From contig JBDHHQ010000032.1 of the NCBI GenBank assembly GCA_039589315.1, positions 1 through 46,483 on the forward strand: a DNA stretch of 46,483 bases, in the 5' to 3' direction. The notes under the pieces were generated by a model, which did no database searches, had not been told where the DNA came from, and saw only the letters and a program-made list of their open reading frames with translations. The position numbers were made by a program, and so were the translations under genes. This document shows, piece after piece, positions 38,502-46,483 of this stretch. This DNA comes from Gemmatimonadota bacterium (GTDB lineage: Bacteria > Gemmatimonadota > Gemmatimonadetes > Longimicrobiales > Gaopeijiaceae). Position 1 is the first letter of the stretch, and every line of letters starts with the position of its first letter.

Positions 38502-39081
38502 GGCGCCCGTAGCGGGTTCTCCACACCTTGGCGTCGTAAAGTGGCAGCGCCGGAAAGGCCCAGAGGCGCTGTACGGAGCAGCACCCGTAACGACCCTGCT
38601 TGTCCAGGGCCACGAACTTCAGGTTGAACAACGGTCGGCCCTGGTGCCGATCCGTGACCTGCTGGCAAACGAAGCGACAGGCGTCCTCGGGAGACAATCC
38701 CTCCCGCATCTTCTCGACCACGAGGAAGCTACCGCAGTTCTTGACGCACTCGGCACCGTGCCCGGTCGCCCCAGCCGCACCGACGTCGTCGTCGACATAC
38801 AGACCGGCCCCGATGATGGGTGAGTCACCGACTCGACCGACGATCTTGAAGTGATGGCCTACTGTGCTCGTGACGCCGGCGATGGTTCCGTAGTCCTCGC
38901 GCTAGTGCTCGACCACCTCGTGATCGATCTCGCCCGTCACCCTGTCCCAGATGCGACGTGGGTACCCGTCGTCACCGACCGGGGTGTACACGGCTTCCCA
39001 GATGTCCCACTGACCCCCGGACCGCGACTTCGTCGCCAGGGCAAGCTCGTAGTGTTGCCGGGCGTCCGGTCCGGACGTCAT
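38443..39081 (-). pseudogene. mosaic relic: esterase-like fragment joined to a glycosylasparaginase (Ntn-hydrolase) beta-chain fragment
   Basis: A single frame reads [110 protein letters not shown], with TAG at 38902-38904. Confidence 0.7.
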
Positions 39082-39156
39082 TGCCGTCCGTCTCCCCCGT
39101 CCCCAGGTTGAGGCAGTGACCGAGGGATCCCTCCCCCCTCACCACTGTCGAATGAC

Positions 39157-39807
39157 GTGAGCCCAGCAGTCCCGCCTTCGCTTTCGCGTCTGCTCGCCGC
39201 CCGCAGCGAGTCCGACCGCCGGTTCGCCTGGTCACTCTTCGTTCGCGAGCACAGCCGCCTCATCTACTCGGCCGCAAGGCGACGATCGCCCGACCGGGAC
39301 GACACCATGGACCGGTACACGCTGATTCTCGAGGAGCTGCGCAAGGACGATCTGCGCCGGCTGCGGGCGTTCGACCCCTCCGGAGCGAGCCGCTTCACGA
39401 CCTGGCTCGTGGTCGTTTGCAGCCGTATCTGTATCGATCACGTGCGCCGGAAGTACGGCCAGAAGACCGGTGGCGACGCCAGCCCCGCTCTGGTCGCGCG
39501 AAGGAACCTGGTGGACCTGGCCGGACCCCAGCCCGACGCGCTCGCTCTGGCGTCCTCGGACAGCGCCCCGGATGCGCCCATCCGAAGACGGGAGCTCGAG
39601 GAACGTGTCGCCACGGTCGTCGATCAGCTCGATCCCGAGGACAGACTCCTGATCCAGCTTCGCTTCCATGACGACCTGTCGGCCCGGGATATCGCTGCCA
39701 CGATGGGCCTGCCCACCCCGTTTCACGTCTACCGTCGTATCAACGCCCTCAAGGTACGGCTGAGGGGGCTACTCGAGCACCAGGGCGTAGTCAGCGCCGA
39801 GCCGTGA
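39157..39807 (+). CDS. ECF sigma-70 factor
   Basis: Region 2 (AWSLFVREHSRLIY, FTTWLVVVCSRICIDHVRR) and region 4 (LDPEDRLLIQLRFHDDLSARDIA). Confidence 0.88.
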   Translation: MSPAVPPSLSRLLAARSESDRRFAWSLFVREHSRLIYSAARRRSPDRDDTMDRYTLILEELRKDDLRRLRAFDPSGASRFTTWLVVVCSRICIDHVRRKYGQKTGGDASPALVARRNLVDLAGPQPDALALASSDSAPDAPIRRRELEERVATVVDQLDPEDRLLIQLRFHDDLSARDIAATMGLPTPFHVYRRINALKVRLRGLLEHQGVVSAEP

Positions 39808-39816
39808 CGTCCTCCT

Positions 39817-39844
39817 GGCGCAAAAACGATCCTCAGTCGCGTGT
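39817..39844 (+). promoter_or_regulatory. candidate ECF promoter, copy 1
   Basis: GGCGCAA-N16-CGTGT upstream of the anti-sigma gene; same spacing as the copy at 43398. Confidence 0.55.
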
Positions 39845-39886
39845 CACATGGTTGACTGAACAACCCGACAGCGACGTGAGGCACAC

Positions 39887-40471
39887 ATGACTGATGCCGG
39901 AGGGGGACATCTCGGGGCCGTGGATCTCGCTGCGTTCCTCGACGGGACGCTGAGTGCGCAACAGCGCCGTGAGGCGTCCGATCACCTCGCGAGCTGCGGA
40001 CGATGTCGCGACGCGCTGACAGCCTCCGCCGTGACCCTGCGAGAGCAGCGCAGACCCCGCGTTCGGCTGACCGCGGCGACGTCAGTGGCGATCGCGGCCG
40101 GGCTCGCCGCATTGTTCATCGTGCCCGCTGTCCGGGACGCGGGGGTCGCGCCCGAGCCCCTCGAGCGAGGCGACCAGGCGGAGGGGATACCGACCTTCGC
40201 CGCGTTCGCGCCCAGGGACGGCGCGGAGGTTGCAGCTGATGGGGTGAGCTTTCGTTGGGCTGAAGCGGGGCCCGACGCGCGGTACCAGATCACGGTGACG
40301 GACGAGCTCGGCGACGTGGTTTGGACCGCTCCGACACGTGAAACGGTTTTCGAGGGACCCGGAACCGACGTCTTCGCCGCGGGCGCAGTCTACTACTGGT
40401 ACGTCGATGCGCTTCTCGACGGCGGCAGGGTAGCGCGCACGGCTGTACTGGAGTTCAGGACGGTGCCGTGA
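39887..40471 (+). CDS. zf-HC2 zinc-binding transmembrane anti-sigma factor
   Basis: H8 plus HLASCGRC, one TM helix (VAIAAGLAALFIVPAV) and a beta-rich C-terminal domain (FRW, YYWYV). Confidence 0.85.
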   Translation: MTDAGGGHLGAVDLAAFLDGTLSAQQRREASDHLASCGRCRDALTASAVTLREQRRPRVRLTAATSVAIAAGLAALFIVPAVRDAGVAPEPLERGDQAEGIPTFAAFAPRDGAEVAADGVSFRWAEAGPDARYQITVTDELGDVVWTAPTRETVFEGPGTDVFAAGAVYYWYVDALLDGGRVARTAVLEFRTVP

Positions 40472-43413
40472 GGGACGTGGCCGCGCTCGGGCTCTCCCTC
40501 GTCTGCGCTCTGGCGGCGGCGTGCCGGGCCGACAGCCCTCGCGCGGCGACGTCGTCGGAGTCGTCCGAAGTCAGGACCGAGCTCACGTCGATCCTCGATT
40601 CGCTGTACGCCTTGGCGGACTCGTTGTACTTCGACGAGGGCGCTTACCAACGGGCCGAGGCCGTGTTCGCCCAGGCCCTCCAACTCGCCCGTGACCGAGG
40701 ATCAGCGCGAGAGGAGGCCGACGCGCTGACCCGCCTGGGGCTGACCGCCTATCGCCTGGGGGACTACGAGAGGGCCCGGCCCGTCCTCGAGGAGTCCCTC
40801 GAGCTCAAGCTCGAGCATCACATCGACGATCAGCTCGTCTCGTCCTACAACGCACTCGGTCTGCTAGCCTACAACGAAAACCGGTTCAATGACGCGGTCT
40901 CGAGGCTTACGGCGGCCGCGGCCGAGGCGAAGCGCGCAGACGATCGGTACGGCTACGGACTGGCTCGCGGCAATCTCGGAATCGCTCTGCTCGAGATCGG
41001 AGAATTCACCGAAGCTCGGGCCCTTCTCACCGAGATGCACGACGTCATGGAGGAAGTGATCGCGCTCGGGCTGGGGCCCCGCCCATCCTCCGGTCCCCGC
41101 AACGTGGGGGTCGCCCTGCTGAATCTGGGCATGCTCGAGGTTCGGATCGGGAAGCCCGCCGAGGGCGTGGACCTGCTTCAGAGGGCTCTCGACGTCTTTC
41201 GTCGCATCCCCTACGCGACGGGCGAGAGCTACGCGCTGGGGCATCTCGGGACGGCGTTCCTGGCCGTGGGTGACGCCGCACGGACTTTCGCCGTCCTGGA
41301 CACTGCGCTCCTCCGGTCACGGGAGCAGGGCCTCCGCCAGGACGAAGCGAGCAACCTGGAGATCCTCGCCGAGCAGTACCGGGCCGCGGGGGACCATACG
41401 CGGGCCCTGGAGCTGTACGACGAGGCCAAGCTGATCAATGAGGAGCTCGGACTCACCGTCGAGACGGGTACGGATCTCCGGGGAGAGGCTGAGATCTACC
41501 GAGACCTGGGAGACACCGATCGAAGCACGTCGCTCGTCCGCGAGGCTCTGGCCGTTCATCGGCAGGCGGGCGCGCGCTTCGAGGAGCTCTTCGATCTGCT
41601 GCTCCTGGTGGAGCTCCTCGAAGAAAGGAATCAGTCCCAACAATCCGACGGAGCCATGGCTGAGGCCCTGGAGCTCTCTGCGGACCTTGACGTCCGGAGC
41701 ACCCGCGTCGCCACTGCGCTGACGGAGGCTCGTCTCGCGCTGGGACGTGAGTCGGCCCAGGGGGCTCTGGGCGCTCTCGACAGGGTCGCAACGGATCTTC
41801 CCTCCGTCGGCTACGCGGGCGAGGCAGAGGCTCGTTTGCTTCGGGCTCGCGCGCTGCGGTTGCAGGGGGACCTCGAACTGGCCGTGGTCGAGGGTTGGGC
41901 GGCGCTGGCGCCTGTCGAGCGAGTCCGGGACACGTTCGACTCGGATCTGCTCCGGACGTCCTTCACGTCGGACGCGGGGGAGGTGTATACCGACCTCATG
42001 TCCATGCTGATCGACCTCGGTCGGTTCGACGAGGCCTTCGCGGTGTCCGACGCCGCGCGAGGACGTGCCGTCGGCGAGCGGCTGGCCCTGGCCCGAGGGT
42101 CGGAAGCCGCCTCCGCCGAGGCCGAGCTGATTCTGAGATCGATGGACCGTGTGGTCGCGCAAATCGATCAGGTAGAGCTCCTCTCGGAGGAAGGCGAGCT
42201 CCTGCCACGAGACTTCGAGAACGAACGTCGGCTGCTGGAGTCCCGCCTGGACTCTCTCCGGGCCGTCTACGAGTCGCAGGCCACTTCCCACCGCATGGAC
42301 GGCCTCGCCGGAAGTCCCACAGCCGAACGTGCCCAGGCCCTGGCCGATCAGGTACGAGAGGCGCTGAGCTCAGACCAAGTCCTGATTTCCTACCACGTTG
42401 CCGAATCGGGTCCCGTCCGGATCTTCCTGGTCACCCCGACCGAAGTGCAGACGTTCGCCAGCCCCGTCGAAGGCGAGAGCCTGGCGAGTCGCGTTCGGCT
42501 GGCGCGGGACCTGATCTCCCGGCGGGATGACCTCGATGCCGGACGGCATCCCGTGTTCACGGGGCTGTTCGACGCCTTGTTGGCCCCCGTCCTCGTCGAG
42601 ACCGGCCTGGACGGCGTGCGTCAGCTGATCGTCGTGCCACACGGCGTGTTGACCTATCTGCCGTTCGCCGCGCTTCGCGATCCCGGCTCGGGTCGCTTCC
42701 TCGTCGAGGACGTCGGGCTCCGCGTGATGCCCTCCGGGAGCCTGCTCCCCGTGCTGGCGGAGCGCGTCCCGGAGTTCGTCGGGGCCGGTGGATCATCTTT
42801 CGCTCCCTTGCCGGCCGAGCTACCCGGCTCGGTGGAGGAAGCTCGAGCGGTGGCGACAGCGTTACGGGATGGCACTGCGTTTCTTGGGGCTGAGGCGACC
42901 GAGGCCGGTCTTAGGCAAGCGCTCGCCAGGGGCGCTCCGGTCCACGTCGCGACGCACGCGCGCATGAACGGCGATAATCCGCTGTTTACACGGGTGGAGA
43001 TGGCGCCGGGCACGCTGATCGGATCCACCGACGACGGTCGGCTCGAGGTGCGTGAGGTGTTGGGCCTGAACGTCCGAGCCCCCCTGGTATTCCTGTCGGG
43101 CTGTGAGACCGCGCTCGGTCGGGCCGGCGCCACCCGGTACAGCCCGGGCGAGGACCTGGCAACGCTTTCCGGCGCGTTCCTCCGCGCCGGGGCTCGTAAC
43201 ATCGTGGCCACGCTGTGGCCCATCGCGGACGACGGAGCCGCCGTCTTCGCCGCGCGTTTCTACGAGCACCTGAATCGCGAGTCGCCCGTCGTCGCTCTGG
43301 CTGCGGCACAACGCGACATGATCGCCGACCCGCAGTACTCGGCACCGTACTACTGGGCCGCCTATCAGGCCTCCGGTGACGACCTGTTCGCGACCGAGGC
43401 ACAATTCCCGTGA
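40468..43413 (+). CDS. TPR-CHAT (caspase-like) protease with N-terminal lipobox
   Basis: MRDVAALGLSLVCALAAAC, TPR-like helical repeats, LIVVPHGVLTYLPFAAL, catalytic HVATHA and LSGCET, VATLWPI and PYYWAAY; GTG overlaps the anti-sigma stop. Confidence 0.92.
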   Translation: MRDVAALGLSLVCALAAACRADSPRAATSSESSEVRTELTSILDSLYALADSLYFDEGAYQRAEAVFAQALQLARDRGSAREEADALTRLGLTAYRLGDYERARPVLEESLELKLEHHIDDQLVSSYNALGLLAYNENRFNDAVSRLTAAAAEAKRADDRYGYGLARGNLGIALLEIGEFTEARALLTEMHDVMEEVIALGLGPRPSSGPRNVGVALLNLGMLEVRIGKPAEGVDLLQRALDVFRRIPYATGESYALGHLGTAFLAVGDAARTFAVLDTALLRSREQGLRQDEASNLEILAEQYRAAGDHTRALELYDEAKLINEELGLTVETGTDLRGEAEIYRDLGDTDRSTSLVREALAVHRQAGARFEELFDLLLLVELLEERNQSQQSDGAMAEALELSADLDVRSTRVATALTEARLALGRESAQGALGALDRVATDLPSVGYAGEAEARLLRARALRLQGDLELAVVEGWAALAPVERVRDTFDSDLLRTSFTSDAGEVYTDLMSMLIDLGRFDEAFAVSDAARGRAVGERLALARGSEAASAEAELILRSMDRVVAQIDQVELLSEEGELLPRDFENERRLLESRLDSLRAVYESQATSHRMDGLAGSPTAERAQALADQVREALSSDQVLISYHVAESGPVRIFLVTPTEVQTFASPVEGESLASRVRLARDLISRRDDLDAGRHPVFTGLFDALLAPVLVETGLDGVRQLIVVPHGVLTYLPFAALRDPGSGRFLVEDVGLRVMPSGSLLPVLAERVPEFVGAGGSSFAPLPAELPGSVEEARAVATALRDGTAFLGAEATEAGLRQALARGAPVHVATHARMNGDNPLFTRVEMAPGTLIGSTDDGRLEVREVLGLNVRAPLVFLSGCETALGRAGATRYSPGEDLATLSGAFLRAGARNIVATLWPIADDGAAVFAARFYEHLNRESPVVALAAAQRDMIADPQYSAPYYWAAYQASGDDLFATEAQFP

Positions 43414-43425
43414 TCGGTAACGTGT
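43398..43425 (+). promoter_or_regulatory. candidate ECF promoter, copy 2
   Basis: GGCACAA-N16-CGTGT spanning the CHAT stop codon, upstream of the lipoprotein genes. Confidence 0.55.
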
Positions 43426-43468
43426 AATGAGACGTACGGGATTCATTCCCTCTCCGCGGAGTCTTCCT

Positions 43469-44524
43469 ATGCCTTCCCGCACCCTTCCGCTACCGATCCT
43501 CGGCGCTGCCGGGGCACTCGTCATCGCGTTTGCCTGCGCGGACCCCAATGCTCCCGGGAGCCCCGTCGAACCGGTCGCGCAGCTCGGAAAGGGCGGTGGT
43601 GGGGGTGGCCCCGGGGTCACAGCCGCCTCCCCCGCCGCTGCACCTCCGGACGTCACATTGGACGTGCAGGTGTTCGGCTCGGGCTTCGATCAGGGATCCA
43701 ATGCGGTGTGGATCCGGAGCGACCCCGACAGCGCCAGTCTCGTGCAGGTCAACTCGACGGCCTACGTGAGCAAGTCCGAGCTGCGGGCCAACATCACCGT
43801 TCCGGCGGGCCACGTGGATGCGGACTACGACATCGAGGTGACGACGAGTCGGGGGAAGAAGGGGCTGGGGGCGGAGCTGTTCAGCGTGGATCAGACGGCG
43901 TCGGTAGCTCCGACTGCTACTGTGTACATCACGACGTCCGGTTCTGGAGCGGGAATCTACCATGACGGCGGCCCCGACGCGGAGCCGGAGGACTATCCCT
44001 ACTCCGCTACGTTCAACGAAAGCGGCGATCTCTGGGTCAGCGCTGAGTGTCCCAGGGCGATCCACCTCGACCTTACGGAGGGGGGTCTCGATGCGCCCTT
44101 CGATGCGGTGGTCGCAACCTGTGACCCAGGCAACGGCGGCTCCTCGGCGTCACCTCGCATAACGATCCAGACACTACTCGGAGCCCCAGCGGGCACCACG
44201 CTCCCCACGACATGGGAGGAAGCAAGCACCAACTTCGGGCTCGCACAGAACTACTACATCAGCCATGACAGCCAGCGCTACAACGTCGTATGGCGGAGCG
44301 GCATTCAGGTGACAGCCGTGGACAACACGACGTGCACCGCGGAAAACAAGATCACGTACTTCGTCTCCACAGAGCACGTCATCGATCCACCCAGCCCGCC
44401 GACCTTGGCCGACTATGCGGGTCTTTGGACAGACCTCCCAAGAGGCAAGCCCGAGATGGTGCTCTTGCTGGATCCGCTAACAGTGCACCTCGAGCTCGAA
44501 GTGGAGGTCACGCCGTGCCCTTGA
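43469..44524 (+). CDS. hypothetical lipoprotein with Ig/IPT-like N-terminal domain (paralog A)
   Basis: MPSRTLPLPILGAAGALVIAFAC, Gly linker and a VTAASP-GSGF beta domain; the C-terminal domain is shared with paralog B. Confidence 0.75.
   Translation: MPSRTLPLPILGAAGALVIAFACADPNAPGSPVEPVAQLGKGGGGGGPGVTAASPAAAPPDVTLDVQVFGSGFDQGSNAVWIRSDPDSASLVQVNSTAYVSKSELRANITVPAGHVDADYDIEVTTSRGKKGLGAELFSVDQTASVAPTATVYITTSGSGAGIYHDGGPDAEPEDYPYSATFNESGDLWVSAECPRAIHLDLTEGGLDAPFDAVVATCDPGNGGSSASPRITIQTLLGAPAGTTLPTTWEEASTNFGLAQNYYISHDSQRYNVVWRSGIQVTAVDNTTCTAENKITYFVSTEHVIDPPSPPTLADYAGLWTDLPRGKPEMVLLLDPLTVHLELEVEVTPCP
43911..44169 (+). repeat. 259-bp direct repeat, copy 1
   Basis: Matches 44918-45176 with 8 substitutions and no indels (manual alignment). 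Confidence 0.95.
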
Positions 44525-44742
44525 AGGCGCCGGACCAGAGGGCTTCGCGGTCCAACTAGGAACTAGGAGAACAACAAACCGCCGGCTGGCGGATCTTGGC
44601 GGAACGCACCAGCCGACGGTCAACGCCACACGAATCCCGGTGAGGGGGTCCGCGCGTGCATCCCAAAGGTATCCACGCCTCCCTCCGCTGGTCAATCGAA
44701 CCGACCCGCCTCGGGTCGGAATCACTTGAGAGGAGGCAGGTA

Positions 44743-45504
44743 ATGTCCGGAATGGTCGCCGACCGACTCACCAGGGCCGCGCACCTCGGTTGCGCTGCGC
44801 TGCTTGGCTTACTCCTGACTGCATGTGAAGGAGGTCAGGACCCGACCACCTTGGATGAGGTGACCACCTCGTTCGGCAAGGGTAACAAGCCTCCGAAGGA
44901 TCCCCCGCCCCCACCCACGACTGCTACTGTGTACATCACGACGTCCGGTTCTGGAGCGGGAATCTACCATGACGGCGGCCCCGCCGCGGATCCGTACGGT
45001 TATCCCTACTCCGCTACGTTCAACGAAAGCGGCGATCTCTGGGTCGGCGCTGAGTGTCCCAGGGCGATCCATCTCGACCTTACGGAGGGGGGTCTCGATG
45101 CGCCCTTCGATGCGGTGGTCGCAACCTGTGACCCAGGCAACGGCGGCTCCTCGGCGTCACCTCGCATAACGATCCAAGGGCTTCTCGGCGCAACCGTCCC
45201 TACGGTCCTCGAGACGGAGTGGGTCCCGGAGAGCACCAACTTCGGCAGCGCGCAGAACTACTACATCAGCCACGATGACCAGCGGTACAACGTCGTGTGG
45301 CGGGACGGCATCCACGTGACGTCCGTGAGCGACTGCCAGGACGACATGAAGACGTACACGATCTCTACCGATCCCGACCTTGCGGCTGCGGCTGAGCTAT
45401 GGACGGCCGCCCCGAAGGGGAAGCCACGAATGATGCTGGTAGGATCACCTGACGTCCACCTCGATCTCACGGTTGTTGCCACACCATGTCCCGCTAACCC
45501 CTGA
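44743..45504 (+). CDS. hypothetical lipoprotein (paralog B)
   Basis: RBS GAGGAGG, lipobox LLTAC and Pro-rich linker, then the shared domain; lacks the Ig-like domain of paralog A. Confidence 0.75.
   Translation: MSGMVADRLTRAAHLGCAALLGLLLTACEGGQDPTTLDEVTTSFGKGNKPPKDPPPPPTTATVYITTSGSGAGIYHDGGPAADPYGYPYSATFNESGDLWVGAECPRAIHLDLTEGGLDAPFDAVVATCDPGNGGSSASPRITIQGLLGATVPTVLETEWVPESTNFGSAQNYYISHDDQRYNVVWRDGIHVTSVSDCQDDMKTYTISTDPDLAAAAELWTAAPKGKPRMMLVGSPDVHLDLTVVATPCPANP
44918..45176 (+). repeat. 259-bp direct repeat, copy 2
   Basis: Matches 43911-44169. Confidence 0.95.
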
Positions 45505-45518
45505 GGAGGACGGTTCGA

Positions 45519-46046
45519 ATGAAGGCTTTCAAGGTATCTTCCGTCGCAGCCCTGTTCTCCACCGCGCTGATCCTCACCAGCTGCTCCGACACCCCCAACC
45601 CGACCACCCCCGAAGTCAATCCCGACTTCGGCGCCACCGTCGAAACCTTCCTCAAAGGCCGGTTCCCGATCGGGCCGCGCAGTCAGTTCAACGTCTGCAC
45701 GAACGAATGGGTCGACATCGTCGGGGAATACAACCTGATCGTGCGCCAGGTCACGACGCCTTCCGGGCGCACGGTGTTCCAGATCCACTCGGTCGCCGCT
45801 CATGTGAACGGTGTCGGGCAGACCTCGGGGGACACCTACGTGTCCAACGATCACTTCAACTACGTGGAGCGGTCGGGCGGTGACACCTACGGACTCGTGA
45901 TCGAGTCCACCATCGTCAGGGTTGCCAAGGGTGAGGGCAGCAATGACTGGGGTAAGTTCCAGATCTTCGTCGTGGTGAACGCCAACGGGGAACTCGTTGT
46001 CGACCGCTTCGATATTGCGGAGAAGTGCACTGGGGCGGGCAGCTGA
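45519..46046 (+). CDS. hypothetical beta-rich lipoprotein
   Basis: RBS GAGGAGG; MKAFKVSSVAALFSTALILTSC lipobox. Confidence 0.8.
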   Translation: MKAFKVSSVAALFSTALILTSCSDTPNPTTPEVNPDFGATVETFLKGRFPIGPRSQFNVCTNEWVDIVGEYNLIVRQVTTPSGRTVFQIHSVAAHVNGVGQTSGDTYVSNDHFNYVERSGGDTYGLVIESTIVRVAKGEGSNDWGKFQIFVVVNANGELVVDRFDIAEKCTGAGS

Positions 46047-46047
46047 C

Positions 46048-46075
46048 GGCCCATATCCGAGTAGTGGATCGGGCC
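46048..46075. terminator. possible terminator hairpin
   Basis: GGCCC..ATCC / GGAT.GGGCC immediately after the stop; no U-tract. Confidence 0.3.
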
Positions 46076-46483
46076 TGACCATCGCAGCCTTGCTCGGGAT
46101 CCGCCGTGCGTGCCGAGCAGCTTCCCGATTCCGCTGCATCGGACCCAAACCGATCGGCGGGCCCGACACCTCCTGCCCTCCGCGGCCCGGGTGCGTCCAC
46201 AAGGCTCTCGAGCCCTGGGACGGCCCGGGCCCCTACTCAGCCCCCGGCCGTCTGCGGCCCCCCCTGCCCCAGCCCCGTCCGGCGTCCTCGTAGCCTCAGG
46301 CGGGGGGGCCGCTGGTGGCTCCGGCGGCTTCGGGCGGCGACCAGACATATGGGAAGACCCCACGGGCTGCGCCCGCGGGGTCCGCCGATTCCAGAGGCGC
46401 CGCCCGGATTGAGCTGCAATCGCCTGCGGCGATCTCCGCTCGTCTCGGCGATCTCCAGTACCGGTCCGCTGCGCGGAACACCG

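Noticed and set aside
38902..38904. Amber readthrough (pyrrolysine or recoding) at the in-frame TAG
   Set aside because: It is most simply a TGG-to-TAG mutation in an already fragmented relic, and TAG terminates intact genes here (ppk2, ADOP permease).
44630..44736. c-di-AMP (ydaO) riboswitch
   Set aside because: Scattered words (GAATCC, GGGGG, GGTA, CGAACC) are present, but the paired stems and the CAGCUAA segment are not.
43911..45176. Diversity-generating retroelement template/variable repeat pair
   Set aside because: The eight mismatches are not confined to adenines on either strand, both copies are in-frame coding, and no reverse transcriptase is in the window.
1..46483. Many long overlapping or antisense ORFs in the track (e.g. 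6160-7869 +, 12557-14617 +, 29407-31194 -, 33752-35302 -, 36591-38066 -)
   Set aside because: Shadow frames of real genes in high-GC DNA, with no family motifs.
1..46483. CRISPR array, tRNA, rRNA, integrase or transposase
   Set aside because: No regularly spaced repeats, cloverleaf, rRNA-like tract or recombinase motifs were seen by eye.
46237..46483. 3' end of a minus-strand gene entering from the right edge
   Set aside because: Two frames are open (stops at 46296 and 46237) and neither has a recognisable motif, so it cannot be called.

Overview
GC-rich bacterial chromosomal window, most likely Gemmatimonadota (inferred from gene content: PadR/ADOP permease pair, BNR-repeat hydrolase, ECF/zf-HC2/CHAT module). 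1-11.6 kb holds an exopolysaccharide locus on the minus strand (gmd, fcl, UpxY/RfaH-type antiterminator, epimerase, priming sugar transferase). Next to it lie a soluble kinase, a sigma-54 activator, a degenerate REC-GGDEF protein and a divergent zinc-ribbon microprotein plus glmS. I read three -24/-12 promoters and four copies of a TGTGG-N8-CMAC(A/G) palindrome in this locus. 11.6-38.5 kb holds housekeeping and envelope genes, including ybbP-ybbA/tesA, a short Rho and a secreted Gly/Tyr-rich cationic low-complexity protein next to ppk2 (both with sigma-54 sites), an orphan FliA/WhiG sigma factor, and PadR with twin operators. Three decayed or chimeric gene relics are also present. 39.1-46.0 kb is the best candidate for a little-described system: ECF sigma, membrane zf-HC2 anti-sigma, a lipobox-bearing TPR-CHAT (caspase-like) protease and three lipoproteins. 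It has a repeated GGCRCAA-N16-CGTGT promoter-like motif, a 259-bp near-identical tract shared by two lipoprotein paralogs, and a highly structured spacer between them. No rRNA, tRNA, CRISPR array or intact mobile element was seen. All family assignments come from reading motifs, not from database searches.
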